A stretch of 64,000 nt of DNA from an uncultured Candidatus Binatia bacterium (GCA_965218425.1 OZ244621.1:3392001-3456000), one strand, 5' to 3'; numbered from the stretch's first letter, positions 29,905 through 40,670 are shown. A program made the numbers and translations. Notes: generated from the sequence alone by a model not told the origin.

Positions 29905-30636
29905 ATGGCCTACACCAGTTGGAGAGGCACAGTGGGTTTGGTTAAACCTACTATGAGACCAGGTTCCCTTGAGGAGTTGATCCGGTTACTTCCCGAAGGA
30001 ATTGGAGTCATCCCCTTGTTTCTGGGGATCCAGCGGGGAACTGAGGATGAGTTCCGTGAAGTGATGCCGGCCTATGAGGCCAAGGTGGCAGAGTTGGTGG
30101 GGTTAGGAGTGGACTTGGTCCACCCGGAAGGTGCTCCGCCTTTCATGGTGCATGGTTATGGTGGCGAGCAGGAAATCATCAAAAAATGGGAAGAGAAGTA
30201 TAAGGTTCCGGTCATTACAGCCGGCACGACCCAGGTGGACGCATTGCGAGCTCTGGGAGTGCGAAGGATCGTTGGAGTGACCTATTTTACCGGAAAGATC
30301 AATGACACCTTTTCACGTTATTTCACTGAAGCGGGTTTCGAAGTGGCCGCCATGGAGGGGATTAAAGTTCCCTTTGAGGACGTGGGAAGACTCTCCTCTG
30401 AGGAGGTCTATGCCCATACCAGGACAGCTTTTATCAACTGCTCAAAGGCAGAGGCGATCTATATGCTGGGTTCGGGGTGGCGCACCCTGGGCATCATTGG
30501 CATGCTGGAGCAGGACATGGGAGTACCCGTGATCCATCCCGTGCCTGCGCGTGCCTGGGCAATACAGATGAGGCTCCACGTGAGACAGCCTGTCAAGGGT
30601 TATGGCTGCCTCTTGGAGCAGATGCCGTCCATGTGA
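29905..30636 (+). CDS. Arylmalonate decarboxylase/maleate isomerase (Asp/Glu racemase superfamily)-like protein
   Basis: WRGTVGLVKP, LLPEGIG, ALRALGVRRI, FTEAGFEV, LEQDMGVPV, GYGCLL. Confidence 0.8.
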   Translation: MAYTSWRGTVGLVKPTMRPGSLEELIRLLPEGIGVIPLFLGIQRGTEDEFREVMPAYEAKVAELVGLGVDLVHPEGAPPFMVHGYGGEQEIIKKWEEKYKVPVITAGTTQVDALRALGVRRIVGVTYFTGKINDTFSRYFTEAGFEVAAMEGIKVPFEDVGRLSSEEVYAHTRTAFINCSKAEAIYMLGSGWRTLGIIGMLEQDMGVPVIHPVPARAWAIQMRLHVRQPVKGYGCLLEQMPSM

Positions 30637-30673
30637 CCTTGCCGTTTTCTATTCCTTCCGGGGGCTGTGATCC

Positions 30674-30702
30674 TTGACACTCACATAGGGGTGAAATAGA
30701 AT
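30674..30702 (+). promoter_or_regulatory. Putative sigma70 promoter of the UbiD-ABC operon
   Basis: TTGACA-N17-TAGAAT, near consensus. Confidence 0.6.
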
Positions 30703-30800
30703 TCGCCAAAGCTTGTGTGGCTTAAAGGGCAATTCACGCCGATTATCTTGTAGCCCTCTGGCCCCATCTCCATTCCTCCCAACCGGTAAGGAGACATCGA

Positions 30801-32237
30801 GTGGACAATCAATACCATAACTTGAGACAGTGGGTAGATGCACTTAGGGACACCGGTGAAGTCCTCGACGTGAAAGGAGTGCACTGGAACCACGAAATGG
30901 GGATATTGACCCAGTTGGCCAGGCGACAGCGCCAGGGACCTGCTCTCCTCTTCGATCAAATCACCGACCATCAAGAAGGTTACCGTGTCCTGGTCAATAC
31001 CCTAGGGTCGACTCGCCGGTTGGCCCATACACTTCGCCTCGGGGACGTCAGTGGATACAGGGATCTGGTGGACAAATGGAAGGCAAAGTGGAAGGGCCTA
31101 GTACCGATTCCTCCACAGATGGTTGAGAGCGCACCCGTTAGGGAAAATACGCGATTGGGAGCGGACGTGGACCTGAGTTTGTTCCCGGCGCCCTTTTGGC
31201 ATGATGAAGACGGAGGCCGTTATATTGGAACGGGTTGTGTCGTTATCATGAAGGACCCCGAGACGGGTTGGGTCAACCTGGGGACCTATCGTGTCCAGCT
31301 GCAAGGAAAAAACGAGGTTACCGTCTATATCGGCTCGAGCCACCATGGTTCTATTATTAGGAGGAAGTATCTTAACGAAGGCAAACCCTGCCCTGTAGCC
31401 ATCGTGCTGGGCCAGGATCCCGTCGTATTTCTGAGTGCCAGTTCCTTGGGAGTCCCGCCGAACCGAAGCGAATATGATATTGCCGGCGGCATCAAGGGCG
31501 AGGCCATCACGGTTTTCGCCGGAGAGACCACCGGACTTCCTCTACCGTCGGAGGCCGAGGTCATATTAGAGGGACGCTTTCAGCCTGACAACAGGCGGAC
31601 CGAGGGCCCCTTCGGGGAGTTCACGGGTTATTATGGTTCGGGTCAGCGGGACGAGCCCTGCATGGATGTGGAAGCGGTTTACTATCGCTCGAAGCCTATC
31701 GTCCTCGGTTCCCCTCCGACGCGCCCTCCCAACGAGAGCACCTTTGTGCACTCTATCTTGAAATCGGCTTCCTTGGAGGAAGAACTGAAGGGCATCGGTA
31801 TTCCCGGCGTCCTTGGTGCTTGGAGTCATGATGCCGGAGCCGCTCAAATGTTTGTGGCGTTGTCCATTAAACAACAGTACCCGGGACACGCCAAGCAAAC
31901 GTTGGTGGCAGCCAGCAATTGCTACAGCGTGATGCACAGCAAGCTGGTTGTGGTGGTGGATGAAGATGTGGACATTACCAACCTGGACGATTTGATGTGG
32001 GCGGTCTGCACCAGAATTGAGCCCAGTGCCGATGTGGATATCATGAGACGGGTGCCCAGCAGCATCCTGGATCCCGCAGTGCCCCATGGACAGCCTGCGT
32101 TCACCTCCAGGATGCTTATCGATGCCACCAGGCCTTATGAAAGACGGGACACATTCGCACCGGCCATTACCATGGATAAGGAAGCGGAGGCGAAGGTACG
32201 TGAGCGCTGGGGACATCTTTTGCGAACGAACCCCTAG
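30801..32237 (+). CDS. UbiD family decarboxylase
   Basis: DGGRYIGT, WVNLGTYR, EGPFGEFTGYY, VVVDEDVD, WAVCTRIEP; GTG start with AAGGAG RBS. Confidence 0.93.
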   Translation: MDNQYHNLRQWVDALRDTGEVLDVKGVHWNHEMGILTQLARRQRQGPALLFDQITDHQEGYRVLVNTLGSTRRLAHTLRLGDVSGYRDLVDKWKAKWKGLVPIPPQMVESAPVRENTRLGADVDLSLFPAPFWHDEDGGRYIGTGCVVIMKDPETGWVNLGTYRVQLQGKNEVTVYIGSSHHGSIIRRKYLNEGKPCPVAIVLGQDPVVFLSASSLGVPPNRSEYDIAGGIKGEAITVFAGETTGLPLPSEAEVILEGRFQPDNRRTEGPFGEFTGYYGSGQRDEPCMDVEAVYYRSKPIVLGSPPTRPPNESTFVHSILKSASLEEELKGIGIPGVLGAWSHDAGAAQMFVALSIKQQYPGHAKQTLVAASNCYSVMHSKLVVVVDEDVDITNLDDLMWAVCTRIEPSADVDIMRRVPSSILDPAVPHGQPAFTSRMLIDATRPYERRDTFAPAITMDKEAEAKVRERWGHLLRTNP

Positions 32238-32263
32238 GAAAATATGTAAACTTTCTGGAGGTA

Positions 32264-33400
32264 ATGACTATGACCTATGACAGTACGCGTCCTGTTGTTT
32301 GGAATCTTGCGGTGATGTTCTTTGTGTACGGATTGATCTTTGCTACTGCGTTCCATGCGAATGCATCGGAATGGGACAAGGTGGTGGTGGCGGCAAAAAA
32401 AGAAGGTCAGGTGGTGGTCGCTCAGGGAGGCGGTTCAGGGGCGGAGTTGCGAAGGCTGATGACCAATGGATTCCAAAAAGCATTTCCGGAAATAAGAGTG
32501 GATCTAACAGTGGCGGGTGGACGGAGCATCGCCCCCCGCATTCTGATGGAACGACGTGTGGGCAAGTACTTGTGGGATGTCTATACCGGTGGGACCACCA
32601 CATCCCTGACTTTCTTACGTCCGGCGGGCGTGCTCGACCCCATCAGTCCTGCCCTGATGTTACCCGAGGTTACCAATCCCAAGAACTGGTTTGGCGGTAA
32701 GTTGGACTATGCGGACGACAGCTCGACGTATAACCTCGTTTTTGGCGGCTACGTCAAACCCCCTCTCGTCTACAATACCAAGCAGATGAAAAAGGGTGAC
32801 ATTACATCGTACAAAGACCTTCTTGATCCGAAGTGGCGCGGTAAAATTGTTATTACAGACCCCAGGAGACCTGGTTCCGGAATGGCGGCGGCTACCTTCT
32901 GGTATGCCACCGATGGACTGGGCAAGGAATTCATAAGAGAGCTGTTTGCCAAGCAAAAGGTTAAGATATCACGTGACTACCGGCAACAGATGGAGTGGCT
33001 TTCCCGTGGCGACTATACTATAGCCATTGGGCATCATAACGCCGTCTACAAAGAGTTTGTCAAAAAAGGGCAGCCCTTGGCGCAGCTCACGGCCAATGAC
33101 GTCAGGGAGGCCAACTACATTACCGCCGCTGTGGCAAGTCTTGGCATTATTAATCGGGCCCCCCATCCCAATGCGGCGAAGGTCTATATCAATTGGCTCC
33201 TGTCCAGGAAAATCCAGCAACCGTGGAGTGAGATTACCGGGTATTGGAGCCGTCGACGGGACGTGTCCCATGACCATCTCGACCCTGCGCTCATTCCGGA
33301 CGAGGATAAGATCTCTTCCTATCAATTGAACTACAAAGAAGTGTGGGTGGACAAACGCACGGAGATCGTCAAGTTTCTCCGGACGGTGTTGAAGAGGTAG
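32264..33400 (+). CDS. ABC transporter substrate-binding protein (Fe3+/thiamine-type class)
   Basis: Signal peptide, WDKVVVAAKKEG, DLLDPKWRGKI, APHPNAAKVYINWLLS. Confidence 0.88.
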   Translation: MTMTYDSTRPVVWNLAVMFFVYGLIFATAFHANASEWDKVVVAAKKEGQVVVAQGGGSGAELRRLMTNGFQKAFPEIRVDLTVAGGRSIAPRILMERRVGKYLWDVYTGGTTTSLTFLRPAGVLDPISPALMLPEVTNPKNWFGGKLDYADDSSTYNLVFGGYVKPPLVYNTKQMKKGDITSYKDLLDPKWRGKIVITDPRRPGSGMAAATFWYATDGLGKEFIRELFAKQKVKISRDYRQQMEWLSRGDYTIAIGHHNAVYKEFVKKGQPLAQLTANDVREANYITAAVASLGIINRAPHPNAAKVYINWLLSRKIQQPWSEITGYWSRRRDVSHDHLDPALIPDEDKISSYQLNYKEVWVDKRTEIVKFLRTVLKR

Positions 33401-33460
33401 ATTCACCCTCACCTTCTCGCAGGCATATTCTCTTAATACTGGACAGAGGGTGGCAGTCTG

Positions 33461-35194
33461 ATGGCTAGGGTTGTGGTGGCAGAGGGAGTTACGCGGACAA
33501 GCTGGCGGCGGCTGGATGCCCAGGTGCTCCTCTTTGCGCTTTGCACGGGTTTGGTTTGTTTTCTCGTTTTAACGCCTCTTCTTTATACTCTAATAAACAG
33601 TTTCCAAGTCGCTAAGCCGTGGGAGCCACCTCAGTATAGTATCGAGGGTTGGAAAGAGACCTTATCGACCCCCGGGATTTTGAATGCGGTGTCCAATAGC
33701 CTTTCCTTGGCAGTGGTGAGGCAAGTCATCGCCATGTTCGCGGGCATTCTGTTGGCATGGCTTTTGGCTCGCACGGATATTTCTTTCAAGAGAGGGCTCG
33801 AGTTTGCGTTCTGGTTCTCCTTTTTCATGCCCGCCTTGCCGGTAACCTTGGGGTGGATATTGGCACTGGACCCCAAGGTGGGGTTGGTCAACAAGGTGCT
33901 AGCAATGTTGCCCTTTGTGGATGGCCCCGTATTCAACATCTACTCATTCTGGGGCATTGTCTGGACTCATCTGACCGCAAGTACACTGGGGGTCAAAGTC
34001 ATGTTTCTTACGCCCGCGTTTCGCAACCTGGATGCTCCACTGGAAGAAGCTTCCAGGGTGGCCGGGGCCACTACCTTCACTACCTTGGGCCGAATTGTTG
34101 TCCCCCTTATGCTCCCCGCAATCTTGGCTACGACGACATTGGGATTCATTCGCTCTCTGGAGGCTTTTGAAATCGAGTTGACCCTCGGGGTTCCCGTTGG
34201 GATCGAGGTCTATTCCACCGTTATCCACGATATGATCGTCTTTGATCCGGCGACCGGATACGGGCCAGCGGCAGCCCTGAGTACCTTTTTCTTACTGATT
34301 TTACTGATGTTGGTAATTTTTCAGAGGTTCTACATCGGTCAGAGAACGTATACGACAGTCAGCGGTCGCTTTTCAGGACGGCCGTTGGCGCTGGGTAAGT
34401 GGAGGACTCCCATATTTGTTTCGGTTTTGTTGGTCGTACTGACCATAACGGTGATTCCGTTGGCCTTTTTATTAATGGGTACCTTTATGTCGCTGTTTGG
34501 GTTTTTTAACGTTGACCCGCCCTGGACCCTTGACCACTGGAGGCAGGTGCTGACTGATCCGGTGTTTTTTATCTCTTTTATAAACACCCTAAAGGTTGCT
34601 TTGGGAGCGGTCATACTAGGGGTGGTGGTCTACCCGGTGATTGCTTATATCATTGTCAAGAGTCGCTTTGCCGGAAGGGCGATACTGGATTTCGTCTCAT
34701 GGCTCCCCTGGGCCGTTCCCGGCATCTTACTGGGAGTCGGTCTCTTGTGGACTTTTCTTCAGACTCCAATGCTTAGAGTTTTCTATGGGACGGTTTTTCT
34801 GATGGCGGTGGCCATTCTAATTAAAAGTATGCCCATGGGAGTGCAACTTACCAAAACCGTTTTACTTCAACTCGGTGATGAATTGGAAGAAGCTTCGAAG
34901 ACCTGTGGGGCTTCCTGGTTCCAGACTTATCGCCGCATTGTTTTTCCGCTGATTCTTCCTATGCTCGTTGTGGTGGGACTGCTGGTTTTTAACTCCGCAG
35001 CGAGGGATATCAGTACCGTTGTGCTATTGGGAACGGGGCAATCGAGGACTCTCTCCCTACTGATGCTGGAGTGGGCGGTGGGCGGCGGCGAAATGGAGAA
35101 GGCCACAGTCGTGGGTGCCATAATAGTGTTGATAGTCGCCGTGACTTCTGGTATTGCCAGGACCATCGAAGGCAAAATCAATATTAGGGAATAG
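33461..35194 (+). CDS. ABC transporter permease (two fused domains, FbpB-like)
   Basis: Two EAA loops, LEEASRVAGA and LEEASKTCGA. Confidence 0.92.
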   Translation: MARVVVAEGVTRTSWRRLDAQVLLFALCTGLVCFLVLTPLLYTLINSFQVAKPWEPPQYSIEGWKETLSTPGILNAVSNSLSLAVVRQVIAMFAGILLAWLLARTDISFKRGLEFAFWFSFFMPALPVTLGWILALDPKVGLVNKVLAMLPFVDGPVFNIYSFWGIVWTHLTASTLGVKVMFLTPAFRNLDAPLEEASRVAGATTFTTLGRIVVPLMLPAILATTTLGFIRSLEAFEIELTLGVPVGIEVYSTVIHDMIVFDPATGYGPAAALSTFFLLILLMLVIFQRFYIGQRTYTTVSGRFSGRPLALGKWRTPIFVSVLLVVLTITVIPLAFLLMGTFMSLFGFFNVDPPWTLDHWRQVLTDPVFFISFINTLKVALGAVILGVVVYPVIAYIIVKSRFAGRAILDFVSWLPWAVPGILLGVGLLWTFLQTPMLRVFYGTVFLMAVAILIKSMPMGVQLTKTVLLQLGDELEEASKTCGASWFQTYRRIVFPLILPMLVVVGLLVFNSAARDISTVVLLGTGQSRTLSLLMLEWAVGGGEMEKATVVGAIIVLIVAVTSGIARTIEGKINIRE

Positions 35195-35238
35195 TTGAAG
35201 AAACTTGATAAAAATCGCGTAGTAAGGAGGATAATTCC

Positions 35239-35997
35239 ATGGCGAGACTGGACGGCCGAGTAATCATTGTAACCGGAGGGGCCCAGGGGATCGGTAAGGC
35301 ATACTGCCAGGGTTTGGCTCGAGAGGGGGCCAAGGTAGTGGTGGCGGATATCAATGAGTCTCTTGCAGAGCAGACGGCTGAGGAACTTGGCGCGGCAGAG
35401 GCTCTACCCATAGCCACCGACGTCTCTCAGTTGGAAGGGACCGAGCGGATGGTGAAGGCCACCTTGGATCAATTTGGGCGCATCGACGGACTGATAAACA
35501 ACGCCGCGGTGTTTCAGCGGCCATCGGTCAAGCGGGGACCGTTCGAGGAGATTCCTGTGGAGGAATGGGATCGGGTGATGGGTGTAAATGTGCGCGGCGT
35601 TTTCCTCTGCTGCCGTGCCGTCTTACCCGCTATGAAACAGCGAAAGTACGGGAAGATCGTCAATATCAGCTCGGGTACGGTGCTTACAGGAACGCCACGA
35701 TTCGCTCACTATGTGACCTCCAAGGCAGCAGTAATCGGCCTGACCCGGTGTGTAGCGCGGGAGGTGGGGGACTTCAATATCTGTGTCAACGCGGTGGCAC
35801 CGGGCCTCACATTGAGCCTGGACGATGTGGACGACGCGGGGATGAAGCAGTATGAGCAGCGGGCCCAGGCGGGATGTCTCAAAAGAATCGAAACCCCGCA
35901 GGACCTTGTTGGGACTATTGTGTTCTTGTCCTCAGCCGAGAGTGACTTCATTACTGGACAGACCATTGCGGTGAATGGCGGCGCCAGTATGCTCTAA
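35239..35997 (+). CDS. SDR family oxidoreductase
   Basis: TGGAQGIG, NNAA, YVTSK, NAVAPG. Confidence 0.93.
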   Translation: MARLDGRVIIVTGGAQGIGKAYCQGLAREGAKVVVADINESLAEQTAEELGAAEALPIATDVSQLEGTERMVKATLDQFGRIDGLINNAAVFQRPSVKRGPFEEIPVEEWDRVMGVNVRGVFLCCRAVLPAMKQRKYGKIVNISSGTVLTGTPRFAHYVTSKAAVIGLTRCVAREVGDFNICVNAVAPGLTLSLDDVDDAGMKQYEQRAQAGCLKRIETPQDLVGTIVFLSSAESDFITGQTIAVNGGASML

Positions 35998-36082
35998 GCT
36001 TTGCACGTTAGTTGGTTTACATTGACCCCGTCAGCCAAAGGGCTTCATGGTGAGAGAATAGGACAACCGGAGGGAGTACGTT

Positions 36083-36616
36083 ATGGAGAGGGAGAAGGTT
36101 AAGGCTGCGGAACCCGCCGCGCGAGAGCAAGAACTCTCTTATGAGATACTGCTGCGGGAGACCGCGTCGGAGAGGGAGCGTGCTCGTAACGGTAAGATCG
36201 TGATCCGGTCCAGGGATGTCCCCTGGCGGCAAAATAGACAAGCCCTGATCAAGGGTTTTCTGTCCTCCCGTGTGGTTAAGGATACCGCCGCCGCCGATTG
36301 GACTTGCTTCATACAGGACATCAAAGTCCACTCTGGCAGACATCGTCATCAAGGCGGCATTCAACTCTTTGTCCTAGAGGGCGAGGGTTTGACGGTTGTG
36401 GATGGGGACAAGCTGGATTGGGAAAAGTGGGACTTGATTATCCTGCCGGTGAAGCCTAGAGGCTGCGAACACCAGCATTTTAACAAAACGCCGGGCAAGA
36501 CGGCCAAGTGGATGGCCTTCCAGTACCATCCGTTTACCAAGCCCCTGGGAAGCCTGCTCGAGCAGGTGGAAGATTCGCCTGATTGGAAAGGCGAGAAATC
36601 CGTTAGCGCGAAATAG
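36083..36616 (+). CDS. Cupin domain protein, paralog A
   Basis: SGRHRHQGG...LEGEG...CEHQHFN; three-His metal motif. Confidence 0.88.
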   Translation: MEREKVKAAEPAAREQELSYEILLRETASERERARNGKIVIRSRDVPWRQNRQALIKGFLSSRVVKDTAAADWTCFIQDIKVHSGRHRHQGGIQLFVLEGEGLTVVDGDKLDWEKWDLIILPVKPRGCEHQHFNKTPGKTAKWMAFQYHPFTKPLGSLLEQVEDSPDWKGEKSVSAK

Positions 36617-36668
36617 GAAAAAAATTTATTAACAACGTGGTGGTCAAAATGAAAGAGGGATAAAAAGG

Positions 36669-37202
36669 ATGGAAAGGGAACGAACTCGAGAGAGGGAGCC
36701 GGAGCAGAAGGACAGCGGGGATCATTACAACAAGGGGCTGGATATCTATGCTGCCGAGAGAGAGCGTGCCCAGACCGGAAAAATCGTAATACGGGCTCGC
36801 GATATCCCCTGGCGCCAGAACCGGCAGGCGTTGGTAAAAACTTTCTTATCCGCCCACGGGGTCATTGATACCGCCGCGTCCAATTGGATCTGTTTTATTC
36901 ACGATATCAAGGTCCATTCCGGTAAGCACCGTCACCAAGGGGGTATTCAGTTGTTCATTCTGGAGGGGGAAGGCACCACGACGGTAGATGGAGATAAATT
37001 TGATTGGGAGAAATGGGACCTGGTCACTTTACCGGTCAAGCCGTGCGGTTGTGAGCACCAGCATTTCAACAAGAATCCGGGCAAATCAGCCAAGTGGATG
37101 GCCTTCCAGTATGATCCGTTCAACAAGCCTCTGGGGAGGATGTTCGAGCAAGTGGAGGACTCGCCCGACTGGAAGGGTAAGGAGGGGATCGTTTCAAGAT
37201 AA
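36669..37202 (+). CDS. Cupin domain protein, paralog B
   Basis: SGKHRHQGG...CEHQHFN; tandem paralog of A. Confidence 0.88.
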   Translation: MERERTREREPEQKDSGDHYNKGLDIYAAERERAQTGKIVIRARDIPWRQNRQALVKTFLSAHGVIDTAASNWICFIHDIKVHSGKHRHQGGIQLFILEGEGTTTVDGDKFDWEKWDLVTLPVKPCGCEHQHFNKNPGKSAKWMAFQYDPFNKPLGRMFEQVEDSPDWKGKEGIVSR

Positions 37203-37319
37203 GCTGAAAGTGCAGTGATGAAATGATTTGCTAAAATTCGGTTGGTAGCATATCTCACCACGGTAATTCTTCAAGCCGGCTTGGTAGTTTTTAGCCCTTA
37301 TCTATTATAAGGAGGCAAC

Positions 37320-38453
37320 ATGCCTATTATCGATGCTGACGGACATATAATCGAACCCCTGGCCATGTTCAAGGAGATGCCCAAGGAGTATTACCCCCGC
37401 AGGCCCATTCCTGTCTTCATGCCTACGGATACACAAAGAGGGGACTTCAATGGATGCTGGATCATAGAGGGACGGACCTATCCTAATATCGGCGGCCCGG
37501 GAAATACGATTTTCTTTATTCCAGAAGATGCGAGGTCAAAGGCCAGGGATGTAAGTATAGCGTCCCAGACCTTGGCAAATGCAGAGGCTCGACTAGCGGA
37601 CTTAGACCGGTTCAACATCGACATCCAGGTGGTATTCCCCACCATGTTTTTGGCGTCAGCCGCGGAGGATGTAAAACTCGAGGGGGCAATGTTCCAGGCT
37701 TACAATACCTACCTGAGTCGGGCTTGTGCTGAATCTAAGGGGCGGATTCGGTGGGCGGCGCCAATTCCATTTCGAGATCCAGAAGCCGCAGTGATAGAGA
37801 TGCGTCGGGCCAGGGATCTTGGGGCGGCAGGGATTTTTACCATGGGAATGGTTTGGGATCGCCCGCTGGATGATCCAGCCTTCTTTCCCGTTTTCGAGAG
37901 GGCGGCAGAACTTGATATGCCAATCTGCATCCATCTGGGATGGGCTTCACCCAAGGTGACCAGTCTGTTCAACAACGGCCAGTCCTTCTTTTCCTCCGCC
38001 ACGGTACCTGTCCTGTGGGGCTTCATGAGCACCATGGGTGCGGGGCTCTTGAAGCGCTACCCGAAGCTTCGAATTGGGTTCCTCGAGACGGGTTCTGCAT
38101 GGGTTCCTTACGCCATACAGCAGATAAGACGGCGCGCGAAACCCCGTTCCGTTACCCGGCCGGGAGGGAATCGTCCTTCGGTTTCAAGTGGGATCGACCA
38201 GGACTATTACGGTGACCCGGAGGAATTCTTTCGTACCGGACGCGCATTTGTGAACTGTGAAGGGGATGAGGACTTTCGCTACCTCATAGAGCATCTGGGG
38301 GAGGATGCCCTCATGTGTTCATCAGACTTTCCTCACGGTGATGCGTCTGCGGAGGAAACCTTTGTTACCAACTGGCGGAAACGCACCGATCTCTCGGATA
38401 GCTTCAAGGAAAAGGTGCTAGGGGAAAACGCTGCTCGATTCTTTCGCCTATAA
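37320..38453 (+). CDS. Amidohydrolase family 2 protein, paralog 1
   Basis: IIDADGH, RLADLDRFNIDIQVVFPT, CIHLGW, FLETG, SSDFPHGD, GENAARFF. Confidence 0.92.
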   Translation: MPIIDADGHIIEPLAMFKEMPKEYYPRRPIPVFMPTDTQRGDFNGCWIIEGRTYPNIGGPGNTIFFIPEDARSKARDVSIASQTLANAEARLADLDRFNIDIQVVFPTMFLASAAEDVKLEGAMFQAYNTYLSRACAESKGRIRWAAPIPFRDPEAAVIEMRRARDLGAAGIFTMGMVWDRPLDDPAFFPVFERAAELDMPICIHLGWASPKVTSLFNNGQSFFSSATVPVLWGFMSTMGAGLLKRYPKLRIGFLETGSAWVPYAIQQIRRRAKPRSVTRPGGNRPSVSSGIDQDYYGDPEEFFRTGRAFVNCEGDEDFRYLIEHLGEDALMCSSDFPHGDASAEETFVTNWRKRTDLSDSFKEKVLGENAARFFRL

Positions 38454-38507
38454 CTCTATTGAGTGAACGAGGAAATGGCGTTCAAAAGAAAGAGGGGGGA
38501 CACCAAA

Positions 38508-39640
38508 ATGCCTACCATTGATGCCGACGGACACGTGATTGAACCGGAAGAAATGTTCGCAAATATGCCTGCGGAGTTTTATCCCCGGCGGCCCGTACGG
38601 GTTCACCTTCCCACGGATACGTTGCGCGAGGATTTCAACGGCTGCTGGATCATTGAAGGTAAGACCTGTCCTGCCATAGGAGGAAGGGGCCGTACTACTT
38701 TTTACCTCGCTGGAGATGAGAGGTCGAAAAAAATGGATGTCAGTATCTCCTCCCAGACTTTGGCTGATATAGACGCTCGTTTAGCGGACCTTGATCGATT
38801 CAATATTGACGTTCAGGTGGTATTCCCTACCATGTTTCTCGCCGCCGCGGCAGAGGATGTGAAACTGGAGGGGGCTCTGTTCCAGGCTTACAATTCCTAT
38901 GTAGGCGGGCTTGCGCTAAGTCGAAAGGACGGGTGCGTTGGGTGGCCCTGATTCCTTTCCGAGACCCGCAAGCTGCCATAAAGGAGATGCGCAGGGCAAA
39001 GGATCTTGGGGCCGTGGGTATCTTTACCATGGGGATGGTGTGGGAACAGACCCTTGCGGAACCTGAGTTCTTTCCTATCTATGACGAGGCCCAGAACCTC
39101 GATCTGCCCATATGCGTTCATCTTGGTTGGTCATCGCCTCCGGTGACTAATCTATTTATTGATGCGCAGTCGTTTTTCGTCTCCGCAACGATCCCCGTTA
39201 TATGGGGATTCACGTATGCCATGGGTGCGGGACTGCCCAGTCGTTTTCCCAGGCTTCGATTTGGCTTTCTTGAAAGCGGATCTGAGTGGGTTCCCTACGC
39301 GATCAAACAGCTGCGCCGGCGTGTAAAGCCATTATCGGTTATTAGAGGAGAAAGCCGGCGGCCCACCTTTGGCACGGGGTTTAACCGGGATTACTACCGC
39401 GATGCCGAGGAACTGTTCCGGGAAGGCCGCATCTTTGTCAACTGTGAGGGGGATGAAGACTTCGATTATCTTTTCAGGCATCTGGGTGAGGATGGGCTCA
39501 TGTGCTCATCGGACTTTCCACACGGCGACCCGTCAGCAGAGGAGACCTACGTTACCCGTTGGCATAATCGAACTGATCTCTCGGAACGGGTGAAAAACAA
39601 GGTGCTGGGTGAGAACGCTGCCCGGTTCTTTGGGGTGTAG
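38508..39640 (+). pseudogene. Amidohydrolase family 2 protein, paralog 2, with single-base frameshift (may be a sequencing error)
   Basis: Adding 1 nt at ~38906 (gtaggcgggc) restores YNSYVGRACAKSKGRVRWVALIPF, collinear with paralogs 1 and 3. Confidence 0.85.
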
Positions 39641-39685
39641 TGGGGCGACCTTGGGGAGGGCAACAGACTCAGTCTGCCTATCCGT

Positions 39686-40651
39686 TTAACTCTTTCTGTA
39701 TTTTTCTCTTAACTGGGCCCAAGCCTTGCCATGGAGTTCTGCGTGCTTTTTCCAGTTCTCCGGCAAGTCCCCATAGGGTGCCCTTGAGGGTCCACAGTTG
39801 ACGTAGCCTGAAGCGTTAAACCGCCACTTCTCCGCCTGGGCGTTATATTGGGCGAACTGGGACGTCGCACCGGGGGGCATGAATGCAGGTACGGATCGCA
39901 TGTCCTCCCAGATGGCATCCACCCGTTTTTCATCGTCGTTCTGTATAGCCTCCATCAGTGCCACCACCGGCTCAGGTCCCATGGCCGCCGAAGTGGACCA
40001 GCAGGCGGTAATCTTCGTACGGGCCATCTTGTAGGCGGGATAAATATTGTTTTGGCCTGGCATGAAATTGATTTGATGACCCGCGGCCCTCATGTCTTCC
40101 AACAGAGTTCCGATTCCATAGGTAACTTTAGTGGTAATTGCGGTTGGGGCATTTTGGGCCACCCCTGCCCAGAAGGGCGTGGGGAAGGAAGACTTGAAGA
40201 ACAATGCGTTGGAGTAAATCATGACCGCCATATCGGGTACCGCTTCACTCAGGTCAGAGTAGAATTGGACGGAATTTTCGAGAGTCGGAGTCTGCCAGAG
40301 GGGCAGGCCAACAAAGGCACCGTCGGCCCCGATATCCTTTAGACCCTTCATTTGCCTGACCACCTCCTTGGTGCCCAGTGCGGTGGCCCCCGCAAATACT
40401 GGAATTCGTTTCCGGTTGACCTGAACCATGGTGTCGATGAAGGCTCTTTTTTCCTCCCACAAAAGGGCAGCGCATTCTCCCGTGGTACCGCATGCGGCAA
40501 GGCTTCCAATACCGGCCTGAATAAGGTTCTCAGTCATGCGGGCTGTCTCTTCGAGGTCCACGGAATCTGTAGAATCCCATTTGTCCAACCCCACCTTGCA
40601 GGGTGTAGGGGCCAGCACACATATTCCTCTGAGGTCTTTGGCGGTCAACAT
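39686..40651 (-). CDS. NahE/PhdJ-like benzylidenepyruvate hydratase-aldolase (DHDPS/NAL superfamily)
   Basis: MLTAKDLRG..APTP..DKWDSTDSVDLEETAR, GTTGECAALLWEEKR, GLPLW, VQFY, IYSN, FPTPFW, TTK; collinear with NahE as I recall it. Confidence 0.85.
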   Translation of the reverse strand: MLTAKDLRGICVLAPTPCKVGLDKWDSTDSVDLEETARMTENLIQAGIGSLAACGTTGECAALLWEEKRAFIDTMVQVNRKRIPVFAGATALGTKEVVRQMKGLKDIGADGAFVGLPLWQTPTLENSVQFYSDLSEAVPDMAVMIYSNALFFKSSFPTPFWAGVAQNAPTAITTKVTYGIGTLLEDMRAAGHQINFMPGQNNIYPAYKMARTKITACWSTSAAMGPEPVVALMEAIQNDDEKRVDAIWEDMRSVPAFMPPGATSQFAQYNAQAEKWRFNASGYVNCGPSRAPYGDLPENWKKHAELHGKAWAQLREKYRKS

Positions 40652-40670
40652 GGTGTTCTCCTTGCGGAGG

